From the NCBI GenBank assembly GCA_900617105.1, contig UYFQ01000543.1:1-64000 (forward strand): a stretch of DNA of 64,000 bases, in the 5' to 3' direction. The first letter of the stretch is position 1, and each line of letters starts with the position of its first letter. The DNA is from Hydrurus foetidus (taxonomy: Eukaryota). The position numbers and the translations under genes are program-made. Positions 1 to 10,575 of the stretch are shown here, in pieces. The notes beneath the pieces are model-generated. The model did not search any database, was not told the origin of the DNA, and was given only the letters and a program-made list of their open reading frames with translations.

Positions 1-2
1 TC

Positions 3-1052
3 CTGCTCAATGAGGATATTTAATTGTCTAGTAATCTCCTTCTGATTGGCTGCTGATTGAGGTCTAGGTGGTTGTCTATTTTTAGAGACACGCCACTTAG
101 GGTCCTGAACAACCAGATCAAAAGGAGGAATAGAAGCAGGCTGAGATGAAAGTGTATTTGAAAAGATATCTCTGTATTCAATACAGAGTAGTCTAATCAA
201 CTCCTGAAGTTCAGGAGTACCCGATATGTTAATCAGGGATACTGGGTCAACCGGTTCCGGATTGGTATCCGGTAACCAAGGTGAAAAGGTACTAGCCTCA
301 TGTTCACCGATTTCATCATCATCTGGCATAGCCAGTTGAGATGTATTCTCGGATTGAATGACGAGAGAAGCTAGTAGACCTGATACAATAACCCTTTGGG
401 GTGTTACTGAGGTCGCTGCCCTGTGCACTATATTAGTCGATGCTAATTGACTAGGCAACTCGAAGAATATTTGTGATTCCCGAATTGTCACTCGTCCGAT
501 CACAACATCGACTGAAGACTTGTTTAAAATAATTGCTTTGAAATTTAAAAAAGTATTTTTATTTAAACGTTCAGAAAAGTAAGTCATTTTCAAATTTATA
601 GACTTAGAAATGTTATAACATTTTCCATCTAAGGCTGAACAAACAGTCAGTGTCTTGTCGAAAATAATAAATTCTTCTAAATGAAAATTCTTAATTACAC
701 GCATGGCAACAAAATTGCCGGCGAGCGATCCCGTATCGATCAGCACTTGGACTTCATTTCTTGGCTGGCTGGGCTGTGACACATAGGTGACAGTAGCAGT
801 TAGAAAGTCGGCTGACGAAAGGTTCGTAAGAGCTCCCAATATGGAAGAAGGAATAACAACATCAGTGAAACTAATAGTTGATGATAACTTACTTGTCTTC
901 TTTAAGCTCTTTTGCTTAGTGACCGGCTTAGACGGACCCTCCGGTACAGCCGAGGCTGACGCGGTAGCAGTAGAAGAAGAGGAAGAAGAGGAGGTGGTAG
1001 GCACGTACGCTCCTCTTGCAACCAATGCATCAGGGTAATCCTTTTCAGTTTC
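3..1052 (-). CDS. pol: pol N-terminal part (gag tail/linker, aspartic protease, start of RT), open to the window edge
   Basis: Manual translation finds no stop from 1052 to 3: ...NEVQVLIDTGSLAGNFVA...SVDVVIGRVTIRE...LCIEYRDIFSNTLS...EITRQLNILIEQ. It is -1 relative to gag and absent from the ORF track because it has no stop in the window. Confidence 0.85.
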
Positions 1053-2628
1053 TTAAATGCATTGCTATCAGCATATGCACTGTCAGAAGAATTGAAGTAG
1101 GGTGATGCAGTAAATCTACACACAGAGATAGTGTGATTAGATCTTCCACAACCAACACAGACCTGTACGGTGCGAGTGGTTGAGGGATTCGAAGACTTTG
1201 CAGTCTTCGCGGACTTAGCACGTGGTTTGATGGTGTCCTCATCAGGCTCAGCAGCGCGTTTGGAGATAGGCTTATCTTTAGAACGCGTAGCTGGGCCTGG
1301 AGTAACCTCATAACCAGCAGCCCGAAGCTCGTTAGCTGAGTTTCTGAGAGTAGTCAGTTGCGTCCACCAAACGAATCGAAAATCTTTCAAATCGTTGATT
1401 GGAACAGTCTCACCGTTCACCTTGCGGCGTAAGATGAGCTGCCAATTGACGGGGTGGGTAGGCAACTGACGCTCTAGAATCTTAACAGCCTTAAGCTGTT
1501 CCTCAGCAGTAGTGCTGGGGAAATTTGCTACCAATGCACCAAGGGCAGTATCGTTACAGGAGTCAGTCTCAATGTTGTTCAAATCAAATCTGAAATTGAA
1601 CGATGAGACTTGCTCGAGGAACGATGCCTGACCCAAAGGTGTATCGATGGACTCATCAGGTACTGCCTTGAGGAGTTCTTTGCAGAATCTCTCGGTAGTC
1701 CATGACTTCCACTCTTCGCACTCGTCGCGAATTGCTCTCTCAGTGCAATACTGCCTTTGCAGGAGTGTTACAAGAGATTGCTCGACGTCTAATGGTACCA
1801 CGTCAAGAAACGTATAGGGGCAACCATTCTTGCGAAGGTCGTTGGTGATGCTTAAAACTTCCAGATGAGTTGGAACCTTGCTGAGCTTTCTAACCTTTTC
1901 ATGAGGTAATAGATAGCGTGCAGCAAGGTTTGAAACAACAACATCGGTAGTAACACCACCAACGGTAGCAAAAGTTGCCACACTCTGAACATTACTGTTC
2001 ATGACATTGCTGTCGGAAGTGGGCAACAGGGAATCGGTTTGCACCGGGTTTGCAGGCAAAACTGCGGCAGATAACACAGGCAGCACAGGCAAAGCAGGTA
2101 AGACATCACGCACAATGACAGGTAGTGGCGTGATGTCGGTGGCGGCGATGGCGGTGATGGCGGTGATGTCGGCGGTGGCGGCTATCATCGTGGATGATGA
2201 TGGTGATGGTGCTGGTGGCGAAGGCGCCGGCTCCAAAAATACTCCATCCACTCGCTGGGGAAGTTGTTGATGTTCAACAGAGACTTCCCCCGCTTGGGAT
2301 ATCGCTAGATCCGCTGTAAAAGCTCCAGATGGAGCGGAAGATGGCTGCAAAAAATTTTGCAAGGGGTTTCCCCCTCCCACGCCGGGGGCCAAATTCGAGA
2401 AGGGTTAGAGGCGATAGATAGATGGGCTGCGACATCAGTCGCAGCAACAGATGGATCTGGAAGCGAGGGAGGATTCGCCGAGTCGGAATCTCCCGTTGTG
2501 CTAGCGTCCTGGCTGTTGGCGACGATTTCGTCGACAGCGTCAGTTGATGGCGCTTCCTGTGAAATCGACAGGGGAGCCGTCGAAACGGCCGATACCCTGG
2601 AAAGTCTTCGTCGGTTGCTGGAAACCAT
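902..2628 (-). pseudogene. gag: gag with CCHC zinc knuckle, split by a -1 frame break near 2400-2305
   Basis: ORF 2628-2305 (ATG start) overlaps ORF 2392-902 in the -1 frame. A CX2CX4HX4C knuckle lies near the C-terminus. Confidence 0.75.
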
Positions 2629-2728
2629 ACTGGTGATCAGTGCCAGATGGTCGTCGGATGTCGGCGGTTGAAAATCTATCTAGCTCTCCAGTAACGAGAG
2701 TTCGTCTAACAACTCTCAATATTAATAT

Positions 2729-3001
2729 TGTAGTCGCGGCCGGATTCGAGTACGAAGAATCCGGGTAAAGACGGTATGCTGGAGTAAACTGTTAGGTTAG
2801 TTACAGTTTGTGAAAGAAGCGAGCAAGCAGCTAACAACAGACACAAACGATAGGCTACAAGGGTGCTGATGCTGATGAGCGTCCGTTACCGGTGGACAGT
2901 TGATGTGGATGAAAATAGACTATGGGTGCGTGAATTATATACATACGTGAATATATACAAACGTATATAAAGTGTACGGTGAACGTACGTGCTAGGCTAC
3001 A
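2729..3001 (-). repeat. Putative 5' LTR (273 bp)
   Basis: Minus-strand termini are TGTAG...CTACA (5-bp inverted ends). It lies between the interrupted hAT ORF and the gag ATG at 2628. The second LTR is outside the window, so the inner boundary is inferred. Confidence 0.7.
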
Positions 3002-4930
3002 ATGATCCTATTAAGAACCAATCTTGCGGCCACGCTCGTATTCACGTCCGAGTCCGCTCTGACGAGGGCTACTCGGATTTGGTTGATCATACCTTGGAAG
3101 AGTAAAATGTTGTTAAGAACAGACGTGTCGTAATCAAAAGAAATAGTCGCAGTCTGCACTTTACCTGGGATTAGGCTGACGGTTACATACTTTTCCCCTT
3201 CCATAATCTTCTGGACATACTTAAAAGACGCAAGAATGGCACAGACATCTTCTACAATCATCCATTGCTCGTTCGTTAGATTGATGGTTGGTAGTAACAA
3301 ACTTTCACGAACCATTAGTATAATGTACGGTTTTAGGTGTAACATTCTTTCCAACATGGAATAAGTTGACCACCATCGGGTTGAGACATCTTGGATGACA
3401 TTGACTGATTTCGCTCCTTGCTTGATACGCAGAATCTCAGATGCTTGAGATGACATCACAAAATGACCAGCAAGGTCTCGACACTTTTTCATAGTTCCCT
3501 CAGACAACTCCGTGTCTGGAAATGCCAACTTCGTGCATAAATCTGCAAATGAATAGATAGGCAGTAAATAAGAGAGGAGATTTTTTTGATTTGCAGTCTG
3601 TAGTACATATCAGCTTGTTCGATGTTTTCAATGTATACTTACTGAGACAATGATCGAGACAATTGTGATGTGATGTATGTTGATTATGTAAATGACGCCC
3701 AAAAGCATTCATGTCTTTAGCGGAGTCAGTCACGACGGCAACGACATGATCCAGAGGAATCCCGTAATCGCTGCAAATAGAATCGTAAACCTGCGGTTAA
3801 CAAAAGTAATTGAAAGAAGAAGGGGAAAAATTAGGTTTTGAAAATATAACATGATTATGATCAATAAAGATAATTAATGATGAAAATTGATAACACTGAC
3901 CAGTTTGGAATTGTCCCCCGAAGTTCCCCCTCCATGTAATGAACAAGCGAGTGTAAGGGATTTCATTGTCCACTGCTCATCTATGTAGTGAGCGGTCTGT
4001 GCCGCATAACCGACATTTGCGTTGCTAGTCCAATGGTCGAGCGTTATCGCAACGTACTGACCTTCCAACGCCTTGCGGAACAGATATTTTATGTTCTGTT
4101 CCACTTGCGGAAGCCTTGAAATCACCTTAACTTTGCTTGTAATCGGGGCGTCAACACTAAGTGACCGGCACATGTCCCGAAACTTGTCCCCCTCAATGGT
4201 ATTGATCGGTTGGTACGTATGTACGGCCCACCTCAGATACTTCTCTTCAAAATCTGGATGCTTCGGGAAGTACGATGTAATACTCTTGCCCTGCACCTGA
4301 TTTCCTGCCAAAACCTTTCTCCTCTCCACCAGTATTTCATTGTGCATGTACTTTAAATGCCGCTCGAGATGGCCAGGGCTATGAGTGGCTGTATATGGTA
4401 CAGCCCACTTCACCTTCTCGTCCAATAGAGCTCGTTCGTAGCATATGTTGCACGAGGCATGTGTGTCTCCCCAGATAATCACTTCATTTGATCCTACTTT
4501 GATATTTATTATCTTAAAATGGTTCCACAGCCATGATCTGTTGAGCGAGGCTGCTATAATGATAAGAGGATACATCTTGGCAGGTACCACCAGATCTTTT
4601 GTTGAGTACCGCGCTGACTTCACAGCTTCTTGCGCCAGAAGTTCTTCAGAGGCAGCCTTCCTTTTCCGCTCAAAGGCTGCTCTACTCTGCTGCACGATCG
4701 GTGCTTCAATCGGTTCAGCTGTCGATGCACTCGCTGAGACATTCGCCGATGTTCCATTCGCCGATTGAACTTCCAAGACCTCCACTGATTACTTCAGAAG
4801 AAGAAGAAATTGGCGCAGTTGGACAATGATGGCTCTCTATACAAGCTACGCAATAGCACTTGCTGCAAAGCTGACAACGCGAGTACAGATCCGAAACACA
4901 TGACGGGCTTTCGCACTCAAAATTACTCAT
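3002..4930 (-). pseudogene. hAT-family transposase, 3 introns, truncated by the LTR insertion
   Basis: BED-like finger (WLWNHF...CNIC...HLKYMH), LDHWTS (first D), VTDSAKDM (second D), CLDH (CxxH) and TRWWSTYSMLER. Introns at 3900-3791, 3642-3543 and about 3162-3093 restore one reading frame. The catalytic Glu and hATC dimerisation domain are missing beyond 3002. Confidence 0.9.
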
Positions 4931-5276
4931 CCTACGATCAGAGCTACGGCGACCTCTGTTTTTAATTTTGCCAGCGTTTTGTTAGTGTCAGTAATCGGCT
5001 ATGGTTAGAAATCGGTCAGTGATTGAAGGACAGCAGTCGTGAAGCAAATCTAGATTGCAGCAGGTTGCCATGATTGACAGGACTCACAACTGAAGATTCA
5101 AAGCTGACTATGAACGCTTTCTAATCTTGAAAGGGATCCGAATATTCAGCTCGATTGGTCTTGAGAGCAGCTTTGAAATGTGAGAGTTCAATGGATATGT
5201 TCTGGATGGAGAAGTCGATTGTCAATGCGGCGTCAATGCGGCGACATGATGCGTCCACCAGATTGGGAGATTAATC

Positions 5277-5346
5277 CACTCCACCACCAAATCTTCGTAT
5301 ACGTTATCAATTTCCACCACCAAATCTTCGGATACGTTATCAATTT
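5277..5346. repeat. Two-copy tandem duplication (~34 bp unit) inside the hAT leader
   Basis: TCCACCACCAAATCTTCG(T/G)ATACGTTATCAATT occurs twice in succession. Confidence 0.8.
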
Positions 5347-6218
5347 CCCGTACATACAGAAAGAATTAGATCCCTTGTTTAATATGGTTAAAATTGTCGA
5401 AAGTTTTCGCCACGTCTCGAACCCACACTTGTTTCTTGCAGGTGCGAGCGCTCTACCTAGTGAGCATCCCGGGTACTTTCCGTAAAGTATCGAAAATAAC
5501 CAAAAGACATAATAAATGAACATAACTGCTGTCCCATAGATCACACCTTTACTATGTGTAAGTGTTTATGATGATTTGATTCGTCGTTCAACATCAACTA
5601 AAACCTCAAATCATCCATTTGATAAACTTTACAACTTACATTAAAAAGTATGTTGGTGTTTTGGTAGTACAACATACACAATTTACAATTTAATAATACA
5701 GAGTTAGCTGACTAACTCAGGACACAGCACTATCTATTTCCTTAACTTGATAAGATCACCGTATAATGTATGCACACCAACCTAATCGATTAGGAAGTCA
5801 TTTGGGCTCAAAACGGGTTTTCTTGTATAAAAAACTTAGCCAGCCAACGGAAAAAAAAAGTTAGCCAGCCTGGCTAGGGTGGCCAGCTTTTCCGGGAAGT
5901 CCTAGCCAGACTTGACGACTTTTCGCTGTAACTGGGTACAGGTAGAAGTTTTTCCGTTTTTAGGTAGGTTAGTTCTTTTTCCGAAAAAACGAAGTTGTAC
6001 TAGGTAAAATTGGTCAAAAGTACCGAAATACACCGTTTAAAACGTATTCTGCTATTCTCGCTGTAACTGGTCCCGATCCTAATCTCTGTAATCGGTCCCA
6101 GATTTCTGTAACCGGTACCTCATATCGCCATCAACACAACATCGTCATCAAGCACCATCAAAAGTCAGAATAAAATAAAATCACCCCGTCGACCCGCCAA
6201 CCCGCCAACCTTCGAACG

Positions 6219-7343
6219 ATGCCGTCCAAAACCGCACCTCTGCAAGACTCCCGTCTCAAGGTACACAAAGGAGAGAAGGGCAGATTGATCACTGCTCATG
6301 ACAATCCACGTCTGTTGAAAGAAGATAATCCAATTATCGACTTTGAGAAGTGCTTAGGGGGAGAAGAGCAGGTCAAGTTGTGTCTAGAGAACTTTGTGGA
6401 GCTGAACGATGGACACAATAATCAGAAAATGGTGGCTACGGGATCATTTCAAATTTGATCAAGATGCACAAAGCTCCGAGGCGAACTCTTGCCTTAGTGC
6501 TAAAAGATGGTTCCGGTCACAATAAGCAGATCAGAGATGGCAAATCTAAAGTTTCTGATCATGTCCATCTAAACGGCAATCAGTTGCGCTATTTATCTTC
6601 AGATTATACTCTTTCGTAGTCTCCTCGTAACATTATCCTTCACAACTTAGATCACTGATGCGGGCATTGACGGTTTTGTCGACTCCCTTACCGCTAAAAA
6701 TGGCTATCCTTGCTCTCACAGAAGGATGAAGTTGTATATGGCTGAAGTTGGCGTGGACAATTTCTCCAGATTTGTCTTTCATATATGTATCGATGATAAA
6801 CTAGATAATCTAGATAATATTGTGAAATCTTAATTTATCATTTATCATGACTGATGAAGGCTGCATCAGTAGTACTGCCAGCAAATTGGAGAGAATAGGG
6901 CACTTTCATACCCTACCTTCATGAAGTACATGAGGTCGCACCATGTCAATGTAGCGATAGTGAGAGCCAAGGAGGATTGCTGCGACACTTGCCTCAGACT
7001 ATCTGTTGCATCAAAGGATCCGGATCTGGGTGAGGAAGAGGAGGATCTTAATATACCAAAAGTGATAGGAGTGAGTTCTTATAGTAGAAGTGCGGAAATC
7101 AATTCTGAGATTGATTATAAGGAATTAAAGTATCAACTTTTTGCGGTAGCCTATAGAGGAACTAATACTGAACACTTTCTTGCTTTATTTAACCTTCCAA
7201 GTGGTATATACGAATATCATGGTATGATTGCAGAAGGAGCATTACGTCTCATGAAGAATGATAGAAGTGATGCATTCACACCTAGTTATATTAATGCACG
7301 TGATTCTTTGTATAAAGCCAAAATTATATGGTACATAAGATAA
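6219..7343 (+). pseudogene. Fragmentary coding remnants inside the Sola-like element (transposase piece joined to a peptidase-like tail)
   Basis: ORFs 6219-6458 and 6921-7343. KEDCCDTC motif, then an abrupt switch near 7045 to YQLFAVAYRG...HFLA...YEYHGM. Confidence 0.5.
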
Positions 7344-7545
7344 AGATAATTCAAAATGTAACATAATTTGATTAGGTAAATTTTATTTGGTGTTATTTAA
7401 TTAAAATAATAAAAGTCGTTTCTAAGTGTTATTTAAAAATTATTTGAATGAATAGTTTAAAATAAAATATGAAATATGAAAAGAACCACAGGGCTGTTCA
7501 AAACTATGCTGCTACCTGTAAATGGTCCGGTATGATTTAGGTTAA

Positions 7546-7957
7546 TAAAGTTAATAGCTTTTGTAATACACCGAGTTCATCGACCCCACTTTATACCCAT
7601 GATCATAATACATATACACAGCAGTTTCATATCATGTTTGATAGTAGTTAAACATTTGGCTATATTTTAATGGTGTTTTAGTGGAATACTACTGTACTTT
7701 ACTGCAGTTATTTTGAACCAGTAATATCATTTCGCACTCATCGAATCATCCCATGACACATCATTCATGCGATAGATCACATAAAATGGACACAAATACA
7801 GCTATTAGTTGTAGTAATACGATTATTATTATATGTTTTACACTTATTTCCATTAACTCTTACCTACACACATATACTCACTGTATTATGACTTTATAAA
7901 GTTAATAGCATTTGTAATACACCGAGTTCATCGACCCCACTTTATACCCATGATCAT
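7546..7957. repeat. Direct repeat pair (~60 bp) at about 7546 and 7897
   Basis: TAAAGTTAATAGC(T/A)TTTGTAATACACCGAGTTCATCGACCCCACTTTATACCCATGATCAT is present twice. Confidence 0.85.
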
Positions 7958-8334
7958 CACACATTCATTTATAGACGCTTTAAATAAATCGTACATAATG
8001 TAGTGTATTTTGTTTTAGTTTGATGCTGAGTAGACATATACACCGATAATTAGAGTTTTTTAAATATGCAATCTTCCGGCTCAAAGTGTTTAGTACCCGT
8101 AATGAATTAAATTTAATCATCCACAACCGAATATTGAAACAGACAGCTTGCCATTACCGCTGCTAATGGGGTAGACCGGTCCCATAGAGAAATGGGGGCA
8201 GTGCAAAATAGATCCTGAAAATATTTTTTAAATTAGGTAGAACTACAGAAACTCTAACCCTAACCTAAAACCTTATCCCTACCAGGTTCCGTTACCACTC
8301 TATACTTATCTTATTCCAAGAAACGCTTTGTCTT

Positions 8335-8612
8335 TCTAAATAACACGAATCTACTGTACTTTAGTACCACTACCAGTCTTGTTTCGATGAGATCTACTCA
8401 AAAATGGTATTTACGTGTAAACAGTCCCAAATTCCTGTAAACGGTCCCATATTTCTGTAAACGGTACCGGTTAGTTCTTTTAAATAGTCGGCAAATTTCG
8501 TGAAGGTTATGTTGCTCTAAATAACACGAAGTCATTATACTTTAGTACCACTACCATTCTTATCTCGATGAGATCTACTCAAAAACGGTATTTACCTGTA
8601 AACGGTCCCAAA
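8335..8612. repeat. Subterminal direct repeat pair (~95 bp) of the Sola-like element
   Basis: TCTAAATAACACGAA...TACTTTAGTACCACTACCA...TCGATGAGATCTACTCAAAAA...GTCCCAAAT at about 8335 and 8516. Confidence 0.85.
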
Positions 8613-8707
8613 TATGGGACCGGTTACAGCGAAAAGTCGTCACTTCTGGCCTAGCCAACGGCCAGTGGCTGGCTAAAAAATCCTGGCCTGGCCACCATCC
8701 CTAGATA

Positions 8708-9984
8708 CAAGGGGGTATATAAGGAGAGGGGGCAGTCTTCCACCCAGAGGGATTCTCACACCGGCCCCACCTGAATTTTGAAAAAACAGAATACCCATGA
8801 TTTTGATATTGCATCTAATTTTCGGTTTCGTTTTATAAAAAACGTACGTTCTTCCATGACATACGTTCTCACCTGTCTATGTAGCATCTAATTTCGAAGT
8901 CTCGAATTGCAATTTGACCATTTAAAACTTTAAGAGACTTTCTAAAATTTTGCAGTGATGCTAAATGATTTAGATTACAATTCATCACATTTTATTTGGA
9001 TTTTTTCGGTATCACTAAAAGCATCATATGCGCGTTACAAAGTGAGAAAGTGGTACGCAGTGTCGACTATTCTACAGTCCAAATCGATCGCGCTGCTCTG
9101 ATGACCACCCGCATAGCGGCAGAAGCAGCTGATATCAGCTGTCACATCGCTGCCAAAGTCTTGGAAGCTGTTTCATAATGGTTCCTATAGTCGGCACCTG
9201 ATTCTATGCAAAAATCATGAGTTTCTTGGAGTCAACAAATCTACATGCCAAATCGACCGCACAGCACTGATGAGAATTCACACAGCGGCAAAAGCGACTA
9301 ATACGTACCATAATGTCGCTGCCAAAGTCTTGGCCACTCAATCGTGATGGTTCATGTCGCCGACACCTGATTCGTTGCAAAAATCATGGGTTTCGATGAG
9401 TGATCAATTCTACGAGCGAGCCAAATCGACCGCACTGCTCCTACGATTACCGGCACAGCGGCAAAAGCAGCTTATATCTGCCATGAAGTCGCTGCCGAAA
9501 TCCTGGATGCCGATTCGCAATGGCTCCTACAGCCGAAACCTGTTTCAAGCAAAGCAGCGACAAAAAAAAATACGAAGGTCAGAAAACTTTCGTTTCTCGA
9601 GGGCATCAGCAAAAATTTCGGCTGTCGACATGAAATATAAGATGGAATCTACTGCTTGAAAGGCTGCAGATGCCCTTCGGAGGCTAGCTCAAACTCAAGT
9701 TGGCGTTTCAGGTTCGATGACAACGACAGAGAATTTAACAATCATGTGACATCAAAAAGAAAAAAATCTCACATCATCAGGTGAACACTCCGTTTCTTGA
9801 GAAGGATCATTTCCTCGAAGCGTGAGGTGTAGACAGCAGAATTTCTTCTGTGCGTAGTAGCAGTAGCAAATCTGCTAGCGGTAGCTCACACTTCGGGTAT
9901 TTCAAACTTGGGTGAGGAGGCGGTGAGAAAAAGCTGGGCGGGGCGGGAGCTTGTAAATGCCCCCTCTCCTTATATACCCCCTTG
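8708..9984. mobile_element. Non-autonomous TIR element, P-element-like
   Basis: 27-bp perfect TIR CAAGGGGGTATATAAGGAGAGGGGGCA (8708-8734 / 9958-9984) and 7-bp TSD CTAGATA (8701-8707, 9985-9991). CA..TG ends with a 7-8 bp TSD fit the P superfamily. No transposase is encoded. Confidence 0.8.
9079..9553. repeat. Diverged ~170-bp tandem repeat, about 2.8 copies, inside the P-like element
   Basis: Units start CCAAATCGA at 9079, 9248 and 9421 and share AGCGGCA(A/G)AAGC, TCGCTGCC and ACCTG blocks. Confidence 0.8.
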
Positions 9985-10005
9985 CTAGATATGACCGGCA
10001 CAATA

Positions 10006-10458
10006 CCGTCGAGTGCCTATTCTTTTGCCATTTTCGATTTCCGGTTTTCGGAATTTCGGGGATTTTTGGCTGTTTTCCAACAATTTCGCGACAACTAGAG
10101 AAGTGGGGACCCCGATGAGATGTGTCAGGTGTTGCCTGAAGTTGTCTGCATCTTTTGATATATGATGGTCATACACCTACGAGGAGCAGATCGGCTGCAA
10201 ATCGCGATCCAAAATGAACTTTCGGTCCCTTGCGATCGAAATTTCTCGATTTTGGGGAGCGCAGATTGAAAACTGAATAGGCAGTGTAACTAAAATAACT
10301 ATGCTCTTTCTGAATCCACTATCACATTTGTGTGAAATTCTATGTCCGAGGAGTTAGCAGTTCCCGTTAGCAATTATCGTGTCAAAATTTCCGTGATTCT
10401 GACCGTTGTCAAAATCCTATTCTCACTTCAAAATGGCAAAAGAATAGGCACTCGACGG
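10006..10458. mobile_element. MITE, Tc1/mariner-type (TA target)
   Basis: 29-bp perfect TIR CCGTCGAGTGCCTATTCTTTTGCCATTTT (10006-10034 / 10430-10458), flanked by TA on both sides. It is 453 bp long and non-coding. Confidence 0.9.
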
Positions 10459-10575
10459 TACACCGTTATTTCATAACAGGTACAAATATATCACACAATC
10501 ACACTGTGACCTGTAATGCATTAGAATTGCTGCAAATATCGAAGGCAGCCTTCCCTAGCAACCGGTCATTGAATA

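Larger units (their letters stand above)
1..3001 (-). mobile_element. Ty3/Gypsy LTR retrotransposon, 5' part (5' LTR, gag, protease, start of RT); runs off the left edge
   Basis: The minus strand carries a CCHC knuckle CVGCGRSNHTISVC (~1119-1160), an aspartic protease VLIDTGS (DTG at 737-729) with VDVVIGR, then a pre-RT segment EYRDIFS...PPRPQS. PR followed directly by RT is the Gypsy order. The element begins TGTAG at 3001, where the hAT ORF is cut. Confidence 0.9.
5914..8641 (+). mobile_element. Non-autonomous Sola-like DNA transposon (internally deleted)
   Basis: 19-bp perfect TIR GACGACTTTTCGCTGTAAC (5914-5932 / 8623-8641) and 4-bp TSD ACTT (5910-5913, 8642-8645). Many subterminal CTGTAAC/CTGTAAACGGT motifs. 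The remnant SYPTFMKYM...AKEDCCDTC resembles the Sola KxDxCxxC region. Confidence 0.7.
3002..8703 (-). mobile_element. hAT DNA transposon, 5' portion with terminal inverted repeat
   Basis: The minus-strand terminus TAGGGATGGTGGCC at 8703 is Ac-like (TAGGGATG). Subterminal TAGCCA/GGCCAG motifs at 5837-5910 and 8646-8692 become contiguous once 5914-8645 is removed. The transposase lies downstream on the same strand. Confidence 0.75.

Noticed and set aside
2340..2376. Slippery heptamers GGGAAAC and AAATTTT in the overlap of the two gag ORFs
   Set aside because: Both are phased in the downstream frame rather than the upstream one, so they cannot explain the required -1 shift. A 1-nt deletion or sequencing error is more likely.
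8252..8282. Telomere-like CTAACCCTAACCTAAAACCTTATCCCTA
   Set aside because: Only a few degenerate units, internal to a transposon.
5914..10458. RNA-guided nuclease (Fanzor/TnpB) cargo in the TIR elements
   Set aside because: I found no RuvC motifs or sufficiently long ORF in any of these elements.
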